Origin: a virus
Virus record (IMG/VR): IMGVR_UViG_3300027852_000033
Coordinates: 1 to 64,000 of that record
Reading direction: 5' to 3' (one strand)
Length of the DNA stretch: 64,000 nt
The position numbers were made by a program, and so were the translations under genes. The first letter of the stretch is position 1. Each line of letters opens with the position of its first letter. Below, in pieces: positions 8,898 to 17,296 of this stretch. The notes under the pieces were generated by a model. That model was not told the DNA's origin, searched no databases, and worked only from the letters and a program-made list of their open reading frames with translations.

Positions 8898-9017
8898 ATT
8901 ATTCTCCTGTAAATGAAATTATGGAATAAGATTACTATTCCAATTATCCAGAAAATGGATAATATAGAATTTAATCTCCACGAATTAATATTTTAGGCCA
9001 TATATTAGAATATATTA

Positions 9018-9566
9018 TTAGTTAATACTATCGACTCGTTTATAGAAATTAAGTTCATTGAGAATAGGATCAATTTCTTTTAAATCACATTTGGTAAGTA
9101 GATAGTATAAGCTAGATAATGAGCTAACTTTCATCATCTCATTTGTATTACTAACAAATACTTTTAAACTCTTGCCCTGCTGTATAAGATTTATGATATT
9201 ATTAAGGGTGCCTTTGCTTTTACTATTCCATATCATAAGCCCATAGTTTGCATCCCTTACCATTATTTTGTCTGTCAAGGAATAGTATTCGAACCCTTTT
9301 TCATTGTTGTACTGTATTTGTTTAAGTTTCCAGTTCCCAACATTAATTCTGGGCCGGTATACAGTATATACAGTTACCATTTCATAGCTTTTTGAATAAA
9401 GATAGTCCTGAACACATTTGTCCGCACCAATAGCATCCCCAACTAAAATCTCAAACCCTTTCTCTATCATTGTATCTATGGTATTAGTTACCTGATCAGA
9501 TATGTACAGGATGTTACTTGAACCACCTATACATACTTTAACTGTCTCTATATTTGGTTTATTCAT
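9018..9566 (-). CDS. SLOG-superfamily-like protein
   Basis: VCIGGS...ILVGDAIGADKCVQDYL...D..M...A.YGLMIWNSKSKGT. Confidence 0.6.
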   Translation of the reverse strand: MNKPNIETVKVCIGGSSNILYISDQVTNTIDTMIEKGFEILVGDAIGADKCVQDYLYSKSYEMVTVYTVYRPRINVGNWKLKQIQYNNEKGFEYYSLTDKIMVRDANYGLMIWNSKSKGTLNNIINLIQQGKSLKVFVSNTNEMMKVSSLSSLYYLLTKCDLKEIDPILNELNFYKRVDSIN

Positions 9567-9772
9567 ATTTAATACCTCTTATTATGTTATATGAAATGTA
9601 TAGCCAGAAAAATCGGGCTACATATTATATATTCCAGATATCCAACTAAAAAAATGACCACGAAATTAGGCGTGGTCAGTACGAGGTTATTCGGTAGGGT
9701 ATACGGGGCAACTACGGAGCCGTTTGTATAGAAAATAGGTATCCCAGAAATCTAATCCGGGCCATTTATACA

Positions 9773-9898
9773 TTATACAGGATGCTCCCCTATTTCAAAG
9801 TACGATGCCTTGGATTTAATCTCGTCCTCATACTTATCCTTCTCCAACATGTCTAAATATTTCTCTAGACTATCCATGTATTCGCCTTCATATTTCAT
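9773..9898 (-). CDS. 41-aa acidic cassette peptide
   Basis: MKYEGEYMDSLEKYLDML... behind the repeat module and TAGGAG. Confidence 0.6.
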   Translation of the reverse strand: MKYEGEYMDSLEKYLDMLEKDKYEDEIKSKASYFEIGEHPV

Positions 9899-9990
9899 AT
9901 CTTTTCTCCTAAACTATAGTAAGGAATAAGATTACTATTCCAATTATTTGGAAAAAAATAGCCCAAAATCTAATTCGGGCTATATATGAA

Positions 9991-10248
9991 CTATCCCCTG
10001 TCAATATATGGGAATATATTTTGTACCGCACCTATATTATTATCTTTGACAAAGAGTTTAAATCCTGCCATCTGATAATCACTGGATTTCTCTATGAATT
10101 CACTAAGAACTATAGGGTAACAGTCCATGAATTCATAGTTTGTAATATCGGCGAGATATGCTAAATCCTCATTGTCACGACTGATATATAACCATCCAGT
10201 TTGGGCCATGATGAGCGCTTGGAATCTGTTAAATGTTTTGTCATTCAT
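9991..10248 (-). CDS. Hypothetical cassette protein
   Basis: Repeat module upstream. Confidence 0.7.
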   Translation of the reverse strand: MNDKTFNRFQALIMAQTGWLYISRDNEDLAYLADITNYEFMDCYPIVLSEFIEKSSDYQMAGFKLFVKDNNIGAVQNIFPYIDRG

Positions 10249-10341
10249 ATCGATACTCTCCTAAATCAAAGTATGGAATAAGACCACTATTCCATTCCTA
10301 TAGAAAAAATAGCCCGAAAATCTAATCCGGGCTATATTATA

Positions 10342-10860
10342 CTATATAGGTACTATTGCAAATCCAACATCTTCAATTATACCTTCAGGATTAGATACTA
10401 TAACAAATATAGTATCTTCATTCCCTGTATTTAGAGGGATAGTTCCTCCATTAGCATAGGCAAATTCTATCCTTGCATACGGAAGTAGTTTTCTTAAAGC
10501 AGGGAGCGGATTCAGGCCTAATGTATAGCAATCTTTTAACCACTGACATATATGGTTAATAGTATATCCACTAAAATATAGGTCCTCTTTGACTTTCTCC
10601 TCGAAGGAATCTATGATTAAATCTTCCCGTTCCTCCTCGGAAAGCAGCAATATATTGGTTTCCAATATATGTTTAACTTCCTCCCTCGATAACTTTCTTT
10701 CCATGAATGTTGGATGGGATATACACTGGCATATACCCATTCCTTCACTTTCCGCAGAATAACATGATAACCGGCGTTCGTACCATCTACCACCGGTAAA
10801 AGCTATTTCATGTTCGGGGATATGTTCCCCCTTTTGATTCTCTGTCGTTTTTAATATCAT
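10342..10860 (-). CDS. Hypothetical cassette protein
   Basis: Palindrome and GGAGG upstream. Confidence 0.7.
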   Translation of the reverse strand: MILKTTENQKGEHIPEHEIAFTGGRWYERRLSCYSAESEGMGICQCISHPTFMERKLSREEVKHILETNILLLSEEEREDLIIDSFEEKVKEDLYFSGYTINHICQWLKDCYTLGLNPLPALRKLLPYARIEFAYANGGTIPLNTGNEDTIFVIVSNPEGIIEDVGFAIVPI

Positions 10861-10921
10861 AAAACTACCTCCATATTAAATTATGGAATAGGAAATCTAT
10901 TCCATTTCTCCAGACAATACA

Positions 10922-11125
10922 TTACATAATATACTGCCGCTCTTCTAATGTTTCTTCCTCAATATCTTTGAGAAGAGATAAAATATCTTCTAAAGGGGTG
11001 TCGGAATGATGAACTTGTCGAAGCGCCCAGGAACCATGATGCTTATACATATAGAAATCATAATTCTTACCTTGTAAGCGATAGCATTCTTTCCCTTCGT
11101 TTGAGTTACATTCTGTTATTATCAT
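10922..11125 (-). CDS. Hypothetical cassette protein
   Basis: Partial module and AAGGAGG upstream. Confidence 0.7.
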   Translation of the reverse strand: MIITECNSNEGKECYRLQGKNYDFYMYKHHGSWALRQVHHSDTPLEDILSLLKDIEEETLEERQYIM

Positions 11126-11205
11126 GAGGTCCTCCTTTTTTGTAGTGTTCCAATTATCCAGAAAAATATATAGCCCGAAATCTAATTCAGGCTATATCTA
11201 AAATA

Positions 11206-11598
11206 TTATTGCTTTCGTCCTGCACCAGATGCTTTTCTGGCTATCTCGTCTGCAGGATTAGCATGTGAACTAACCTTGACAAAGCTTACCTCAATTTTCT
11301 CACTGATATTGTCCATAAATGATAGGTATGCCTGTACCGGGGGTTTCTTGGCCATCCATGTCCCCTTGGCCCAAGCTGCAACCCCTACATAATCGTGGTA
11401 AATTGTAACGGAACTTGCGCCACGTTTTATAGCATATGAAATAGCCTGCATAACTGCGGCTAATTCGCCTGCTACATTTAACATACTACAAGCTTCAGGG
11501 TCGGTTACGATCCCTGAATGGCCCTCGCCATTATGTACGAAACCCCATGCTACTATTTCAGTAGCGCTGGAATATGATCCATCTGTGTAAATCTCCAT
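11206..11598 (-). CDS. rnhA: RNase H (HI-type)
   Basis: IYTDGS, NVAGEL, IYHDYVGV, KVSSH.N.AD. Confidence 0.85.
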   Translation of the reverse strand: MEIYTDGSYSSATEIVAWGFVHNGEGHSGIVTDPEACSMLNVAGELAAVMQAISYAIKRGASSVTIYHDYVGVAAWAKGTWMAKKPPVQAYLSFMDNISEKIEVSFVKVSSHANPADEIARKASGAGRKQ

Positions 11599-11669
11599 AG
11601 CTGTTCTCCTAAAAGAAGATAAGGAATAAGAATTCTATTCCAATTATTCAGAAAAATATAGCCCGAAAA

Positions 11670-11984
11670 TTATTTCAGGCTAGTATTATTTTTGAAGGAG
11701 AGACCGAGGCGATGTCTTTCGAAAAGATCGTTAAATAATTGGCACATGTCGGCCTCGTTAGAAAAAGTAAAGGGAGGGTCTGCCTCGTCTATCCAATCCG
11801 ACCCTGGGATGGTATAGCAATGTTGACCCTCAATATCGTAGCATTTCACAAAAGAGAAATGCCCACGGAAGTCCTCCCATCTATGCACACTGATGTAAAT
11901 AACTCCATGCTCTGACAGGATGCGGATCATTTTTGTTATTGCTTTTGTTTTATATAACTTTCGGATAAATGCTTTAAATGACAT
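11670..11984 (-). CDS. Hypothetical cassette protein
   Basis: Repeat module upstream. Confidence 0.7.
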   Translation of the reverse strand: MSFKAFIRKLYKTKAITKMIRILSEHGVIYISVHRWEDFRGHFSFVKCYDIEGQHCYTIPGSDWIDEADPPFTFSNEADMCQLFNDLFERHRLGLSFKNNTSLK

Positions 11985-12133
11985 GATATTCTCCTAAATA
12001 TGAAGGTATGGAATAAGAATTCTATTCCATTCCTATAGAAAATTATATATTCTAAAATCGGCTCAATCCATTATCTACTGACCAAGCTCAGTACGCCCAC
12101 ACTGTACAAACTAACGACTTATTATTGTCGTTA

Positions 12134-12178
12134 TTCGGGGCGGAAGGACTCGAACCTTCCAGAATACCATAACCCCAA
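12134..12178 (-). ncRNA. Anticodon-less tRNA-like element 1 (3' of the polymerase gene)
   Basis: TTGGGGT-TATGGTATTCT-GGAAGG-TTCGAGT-CCTTCC-GCCCCGA. Confidence 0.75.
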
Positions 12179-12186
12179 CCCAGATA

Positions 12187-14745
12187 TTATATAACTCTCA
12201 TACCTGGTTCCCTGACATAACCGATATAATCGACCATGTCTTTCAAGTTGTAGTCTCCTACAACTACTGGGAGTGAAGCCAGTATTGCTACTGATTTCGT
12301 TGTAATGGGTTTTTCATGCACTTTCGTTGCAAGTTTATCGAGGAATGCTTTTCCTCTTGTACTATTCACCATTACTAAAGCATAGAACAGTACTCGCATT
12401 GCATCAGATACCATAGCTGTGTCAGCCTTTAGTATCCTTTCCCTGATATCTGCAAGATGCTGATATGCATTATCAGTACCGTTCCGGAGAGCAGTGATGT
12501 GAGCCAGATACAGAGTATGTATCTGATGTGCAACTTTAACCGCCATTGGAGACCGATTAATAATTGCATTTATCTCACGAGCACACATTGGCCCTTTCTC
12601 CACTGATAGTTTCTCAGGGAAGGAACGGATTTCGTAGAATGATTGTCTGGTACCATATGACCATACCAGATCATTCTGCCCCATATACCTTAGGAAGGTT
12701 TCGTACTCCTCTATAATGCCATCTAAGTATTTCTTCCTTTTGGTATTTTTCTCTGACTTTGCATTCCATTTCAAAGTGGAATAGGCAGAGTTCTGTTCAC
12801 ACAAAACCATTGGTAAAGCATCCATAGCTTCTGCGAACAAAGGAGACATTGGGGTCATCTCCTTTCGGGCATCGTCCAATCTGTTCGGATAAATAACCGG
12901 CATGGTATCGGTCTTGGACAGTGCTCCAATTTCTTTACCTACATTCCCTTTAGCTACCATAAGGGTAGGGATATACTTAAGAATCCCATTCATGGTAACT
13001 ATATCCATAGGAAGGTCAAACGGCGGGATCACTTTCTTTGCCATATCAACCATGCCCTGGAGGGCAATTTCTATAGACGGGAGCAGATCAGAGCGATCCG
13101 CTGAAATTACAGTATCAGCGCAGTAATTTCCCATACCCACTGATAGTTTCCCAAAGGAACTGGCAGCGAATATATACACCAAGTTCGGTAATGCAGACGT
13201 TGCATCTGCATTCTTAGGAACATTACTTCCCAACCGGCTATTATCAAATATAGAATAGCCAACCATGGAGATTAAATCTCCATCAAAATCTCCACCAAAT
13301 CTATCAGCGAAGACATTTGGATCTACCGCTATTGCATCTAAACAGTGGGTTCTTGTAACTTTTGCCTCTCCCCAACCATTTGGATGTCTAGCTATCGATA
13401 CCAAATCTTTTGTAGATAAACCTAATCTACGTCTGTCAGAACCGCTTAATGCGATTCCATATTTACCTACCAAATTCGAAGGCATTGCAAATTTAGTAGA
13501 TCCAGGAACCCTTATCCTTAAGACAGAATTACGAATAAGCGGCCTGATCAATTCAAGTACCTTACTTGGGGGGCAAGGTAATCCACATACTAACATAGTA
13601 TTTACGGACTTTATTGAATTGAACAGTATATCCCGGTCTTCAATCTCTTCATCAGTTAGAATAAGAGCATCTTCTTCACTGATGTTCGCCATTTCGTTTA
13701 TGACCTTGGAAGTCATATTGATTAGCGGTTGTGCATTTCCATCAGCATATGAGGAATATGCATGGTGGATTTGTTCTGCGGCTTCTTTACGAGTTTGAGA
13801 CAATACCTTCATTGCCTCTGGCCGTACTGAATCGAGTTGCCGCCATTCTCGAGTTACAGTTGCCTTTTTGCCATTGACAGTGTTTAATACTTTCCACACA
13901 TCAAGACAATGGATGACATTGCGGCCATCCGTAAACTTAATATCCTTCTTGTTGCAGCATATAATATCACTATCAACAGAGAAAGATACCCCAGCAAAGT
14001 ACTGGACATCATACCAGTACTCATCCGGGATTACTAATCCAACTACCTTACCAACTGGAGTAGGGGATCCTTCTCCCATCTTCCTAGCTAGTTTGGTAAT
14101 ATCCTCATTGAAATAAAGCTTGACGATATTACTATCAAGTTTTACGTCAAGGGAACTCTTCTTAATAAAACAGAAAGAGTCCCAGTCCCTATAATAATTA
14201 TGCGGAGAATCTGGTGCCAGTTGGACTGTAGCCCCTGACATAACCAACTTGGATGTACCAAGCTGAAGATGCTGGGATAACGGCCCATACCGTCCACATT
14301 GAGGGTCTGGCTTGATAGGATCAAATATCCCATCATTAGCGAAAACCATAAATAGCCTGGCTTTCATCTCGCCATTTCTCTTGACCAATGAGTGTCGACC
14401 TGGATTACATGGTCCAAGTCTGTATTCAGCCGGCATCCATTTCCTAATCTTGACAGCGGCCTTGTTAATCTCCATCTTCCATGCAGAGAGAGTAGACTGT
14501 TGATCTATCTCTACTTCTACACACTTAAGATGGGAAGCGATGAAAGCCATTGCACCACACATGACTTCCGTTCTTATTACCTTACCTTTAATGTCATATA
14601 CTGAAATGACTGAAGATGGGCAATCTCGAGCTGCCTCAAGCTCGGTAATACCAATTTCACGTTCTTCCTTGGAGAACGCAAAATCTTCCCTACACCCTGG
14701 TTTGAGCCAAGGCTCGGGAAATACAGATTGTTCGTAGGTTTCCAT
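12187..14745 (-). CDS. Single-subunit two-barrel (double-psi beta-barrel) RNA polymerase, YonO/cellular-RdRP-like
   Basis: Ordered motifs DII....K.IKF, RIRVPGS, VSIARHP, FGGDFDGD, MVDMAKK; TAGGAGG RBS. Confidence 0.8.
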   Translation of the reverse strand: METYEQSVFPEPWLKPGCREDFAFSKEEREIGITELEAARDCPSSVISVYDIKGKVIRTEVMCGAMAFIASHLKCVEVEIDQQSTLSAWKMEINKAAVKIRKWMPAEYRLGPCNPGRHSLVKRNGEMKARLFMVFANDGIFDPIKPDPQCGRYGPLSQHLQLGTSKLVMSGATVQLAPDSPHNYYRDWDSFCFIKKSSLDVKLDSNIVKLYFNEDITKLARKMGEGSPTPVGKVVGLVIPDEYWYDVQYFAGVSFSVDSDIICCNKKDIKFTDGRNVIHCLDVWKVLNTVNGKKATVTREWRQLDSVRPEAMKVLSQTRKEAAEQIHHAYSSYADGNAQPLINMTSKVINEMANISEEDALILTDEEIEDRDILFNSIKSVNTMLVCGLPCPPSKVLELIRPLIRNSVLRIRVPGSTKFAMPSNLVGKYGIALSGSDRRRLGLSTKDLVSIARHPNGWGEAKVTRTHCLDAIAVDPNVFADRFGGDFDGDLISMVGYSIFDNSRLGSNVPKNADATSALPNLVYIFAASSFGKLSVGMGNYCADTVISADRSDLLPSIEIALQGMVDMAKKVIPPFDLPMDIVTMNGILKYIPTLMVAKGNVGKEIGALSKTDTMPVIYPNRLDDARKEMTPMSPLFAEAMDALPMVLCEQNSAYSTLKWNAKSEKNTKRKKYLDGIIEEYETFLRYMGQNDLVWSYGTRQSFYEIRSFPEKLSVEKGPMCAREINAIINRSPMAVKVAHQIHTLYLAHITALRNGTDNAYQHLADIRERILKADTAMVSDAMRVLFYALVMVNSTRGKAFLDKLATKVHEKPITTKSVAILASLPVVVGDYNLKDMVDYIGYVREPGMRVI

Positions 14746-14813
14746 ATTGGAATCCTCCTAAATGAAATTTGCAATCCATAATAAATTACAGATTGCGACT
14801 ATATACATAGCCA

Positions 14814-14859
14814 TTTGGGGCAGAAGGAATCGAACCTTCCAGAATACCATATACCCCAA
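14814..14859 (-). ncRNA. Anticodon-less tRNA-like element 2
   Basis: TTGGGGTA-TATGGTATTCTG-GAAGG-TTCGATT-CCTTC-TGCCCCAA. Confidence 0.8.
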
Positions 14860-14864
14860 CCTTA

Positions 14865-15167
14865 CTATGACCAGAAAATCACTTTCCCGCCCATATCTTT
14901 TAGAATGATGTGAACTTTCACATCATTTAACTCCCCAGAGTAATAATTCTGGGAAGCATGCTTCTCTATTATATATCTACCTGCTTTTGTTATTACTGCG
15001 ACACCATCTGGAATACCCCCCAATGCCGCGACTTTTATTTTTGGAACATCACTAATCCAAAAATACTGCTCCCCCTTCTGGTTGCAGTTTTGAGGAGTAA
15101 CTTTTACTTTCCCTCCTGGAGTTACTCTGACCTTAACTAAACTTATTTCATGTTGTTTCTTACTCAT
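14865..15167 (-). CDS. 100-aa hypothetical protein
   Basis: Start MSKKQHE after TAGGGGG. Confidence 0.7.
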   Translation of the reverse strand: MSKKQHEISLVKVRVTPGGKVKVTPQNCNQKGEQYFWISDVPKIKVAALGGIPDGVAVITKAGRYIIEKHASQNYYSGELNDVKVHIILKDMGGKVIFWS

Positions 15168-15241
15168 AAAGCCCCCTATACGGTTAAGGTTCGCCAACCA
15201 TTATTGATCTGTTTTACAGACCGCGGCCACATATGTAGCCA

Positions 15242-15288
15242 TTCGGAGCATGGGGAATCGAACCCCATAACTTCTACCATAACCCCAA
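15242..15288 (-). ncRNA. Anticodon-less tRNA-like element 3
   Basis: TTGGGGT-TATGGTAGAAGTT-ATGGGG-TTCGATT-CCCCAT-GCTCCGA. Confidence 0.75.
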
Positions 15289-15300
15289 CAATATGTGGAT

Positions 15301-15513
15301 CTAGTTACTTAAAGACTGAGTATAGATGTAATCCCAATCAAGATCCGGGTGTTCCTTCTCAAGCTTCTTAAGCTTAAGAAGTGTTGCCCCACTCTCCTTC
15401 CATGCTGCAAGAGTAGTCTTGAATTTTGAAGATCTCTTAGTCATCGAATCAATTTGATCATGATTCAATTCCTTTAAGAGCTTGCTAAATGCGTTAAATG
15501 TGTTTCGATCCAT
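15301..15513 (-). CDS. 70-aa protein, tandem duplicate 2
   Basis: MDRNTFN start after AGGAGG; 56/70 residues identical to 15640-15852. Confidence 0.85.
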   Translation of the reverse strand: MDRNTFNAFSKLLKELNHDQIDSMTKRSSKFKTTLAAWKESGATLLKLKKLEKEHPDLDWDYIYTQSLSN

Positions 15514-15579
15514 TACGGACCTCCTGAAATAAAATAGTAATCTGTAATACAATACAGATTGCGGCCACATATATGACCA

Positions 15580-15627
15580 TTTGGAGTAGAGGGAATCGAA
15601 CCCTACAGTATCTACCATATACTCCAA
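15580..15627 (-). ncRNA. Anticodon-less tRNA-like element 4
   Basis: TTGGAGTA-TATGGTAGATACTGT-AGGG-TTCGATT-CCCT-C-TACTCCAA. Confidence 0.75.
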
Positions 15628-15639
15628 CAATATATACTT

Positions 15640-15852
15640 CTAGTTACTTAAAGAATGGGTATATATATAATCCCAATCTAAATTTGGATGTTGATCCTCA
15701 AGCTTCTTAAGCCTGATAAGAGCTTTGCCACTTTCTTTCCACGCATCCATAGTTGCACTGAAGCGGGAAGATCTTTTGGTCATTGAATCAATCTGATCAT
15801 GATTCAATTCCTTTAAGAGTTTGCTGAATGTATTAAATGTATTACGATCCAT
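15640..15852 (-). CDS. 70-aa protein, tandem duplicate 1 (first gene of the leftward arm)
   Basis: TAGGAGG RBS; paralog of 15301-15513. Confidence 0.85.
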   Translation of the reverse strand: MDRNTFNTFSKLLKELNHDQIDSMTKRSSRFSATMDAWKESGKALIRLKKLEDQHPNLDWDYIYTHSLSN

Positions 15853-16430
15853 GGTGGACCTCCTAATGAAATGTTATATACCTATTTACCTAAGGTAAAA
15901 CATGGGGAGGCTCGAATGAGATTCCCTCTATTGGTATATATACACTGGGTCTATGTGGATTATCTCAAAACAGGATTTGGCCCCCTATAAGGGGTCTAGG
16001 TGTTTCACCTCAAAACTGAATCCAGGTTTCTATAAGGGTCTATTCGGTTCACCCCGGAATCAAATCCGGGTTTTATAATGATTTCTTTCCCAAATAAGTT
16101 AACACGGGGTTTTCTTCCGGATACGAGGGTAATATTTTTTTTTCCGCGCTGTATTCTGGAAAGAAATAATACCCCCCTATCTAAATACTATTCTTCTAAT
16201 GGAATATTATTTTCTATCTAATTAATGTTTTGTGGTTGCTATATTTCTCTCACTGATTATCCTATGGATAGAATTCTGGAAATATAGGCTACAGAAGCAA
16301 TACTCTATTGAGGTAATATTGGAGTATTAAAGATTCCTGGCCTATAAGTTTAATGCCTGACGAGACGGGGGGTTTAAATAGGCATAGGAAAAGATTACCG
16401 ATTTATAAAATTTAACCGGGGGTTTAAAAG

Positions 16431-16625
16431 ATGTTGAAAAATACAAAATTTAACTGGGTATGTATTCACTGCCATAAAAAGAATATCGAAGTCGTTAAAT
16501 TTCAGTTTGATATTCCCCAGAACTATTCTGTTTTGTGGACGTGTGCAAAATGCAATAAGGTAACAAAGATAACTTTCGAGTTCGGCGCCGGCTTTCCCCC
16601 TCCATACCAAAACCCCGAGGGATAG
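16431..16625 (+). CDS. Small Zn-ribbon protein
   Basis: CIHC...CAKC. Confidence 0.55.
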   Translation: MLKNTKFNWVCIHCHKKNIEVVKFQFDIPQNYSVLWTCAKCNKVTKITFEFGAGFPPPYQNPEG

Positions 16626-16762
16626 TTAGATAAATAACAAGGATGAGTAATATGAAAGTATTGAGAAAATAAATCATTGGGAAGAAAATATGTAATCAAG
16701 TTTATGGGGGGTACCGGGCAATGAATATTATACGCAAAATCTATAGCAAGGTAGGTAGAATA

Positions 16763-16999
16763 ATGGGACCAAAATATCACTATTTGAATTGTGAAATAGA
16801 AGAGTACATAGAAATAGAGAAGGACCGCAAGAAGTTTGTAATAGTGAAAGACAGTCAGGATTATGAATATAATGATAGAGTATATTTACGAGAAACGGCT
16901 AACGGAAAAGAGACAGGACGGGTAAGGCCCTGGTTTTCAATTAAGTATATAGAAAGGAACGCGGATGGGTTATCCCCGGGTTATTGTATTTTGTGTTAG
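16763..16999 (+). CDS. DUF3850/ASCH-like protein
   Basis: H.L...KKF...D..DY...D.V.LRE....TGR...I.YI...L..GYCIL. Confidence 0.65.
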   Translation: MGPKYHYLNCEIEEYIEIEKDRKKFVIVKDSQDYEYNDRVYLRETANGKETGRVRPWFSIKYIERNADGLSPGYCILC

Positions 17000-17071
17000 A
17001 GAATATTTAATGTCAGGATAGACAGTGATTTTGTCCCAAACGATTTTGTCCCATCTGGGAGGATATAGAAC

Positions 17072-17260
17072 ATGGGTTTGAATTATGTGGATATAGTAAC
17101 AAAGGGTTATGAGGGCTGGTTAAATCTATTCATAGACGAATATATAATTACAGTGGTAAGCAATGGTTATTTAGCTGACAAAATACGGGCAGAAGTACCA
17201 GAGAGGGGTTCGATTAGAAATACCGAAGAACACGATGAAATACAAGGAGTATTGTTCTGA
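17072..17260 (+). CDS. Hypothetical protein
   Basis: GGAGG RBS. Confidence 0.6.
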   Translation: MGLNYVDIVTKGYEGWLNLFIDEYIITVVSNGYLADKIRAEVPERGSIRNTEEHDEIQGVLF

Positions 17261-17296
17261 TTAACAATAAAATAAATGATGTGGGGAGGGCGGACA

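Larger units (their letters stand above)
6921..12050 (-). repeat. Dispersed intergenic module: terminator hairpin + 19-bp palindrome + RBS
   Basis: Plus-strand GGAATA(A/G)G-N4-CTATTCC at 7785, 8629, 8923, 9923, 10275, 10885, 11623 and 12010, each 24-26 nt from a start codon; ATAGCCCGAAATCTAATTCAGGCTAT-type hairpins near 6975, 7508, 7817, 8663, 9958, 10309, 11168 and 11656. Confidence 0.9.

Noticed and set aside
6921-12050. CRISPR array or integron attC array
   Set aside because: The intervals are whole genes of variable length, there is no cas operon or integrase in the window, and no attC R-box pattern is evident.
12134-15627. Calling the four elements true tRNAs, or attP-type tRNA fragments
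   Set aside because: They are too short and lack an anticodon arm and D-stem. An att fragment would not keep both acceptor strands with covariation in four copies, and no integrase is visible.
15514-15630. N-terminal extension of the ORF listed as 15301-15630
   Set aside because: It runs through tRNA-like element 4; the paralog and RBS place the start at 15513.
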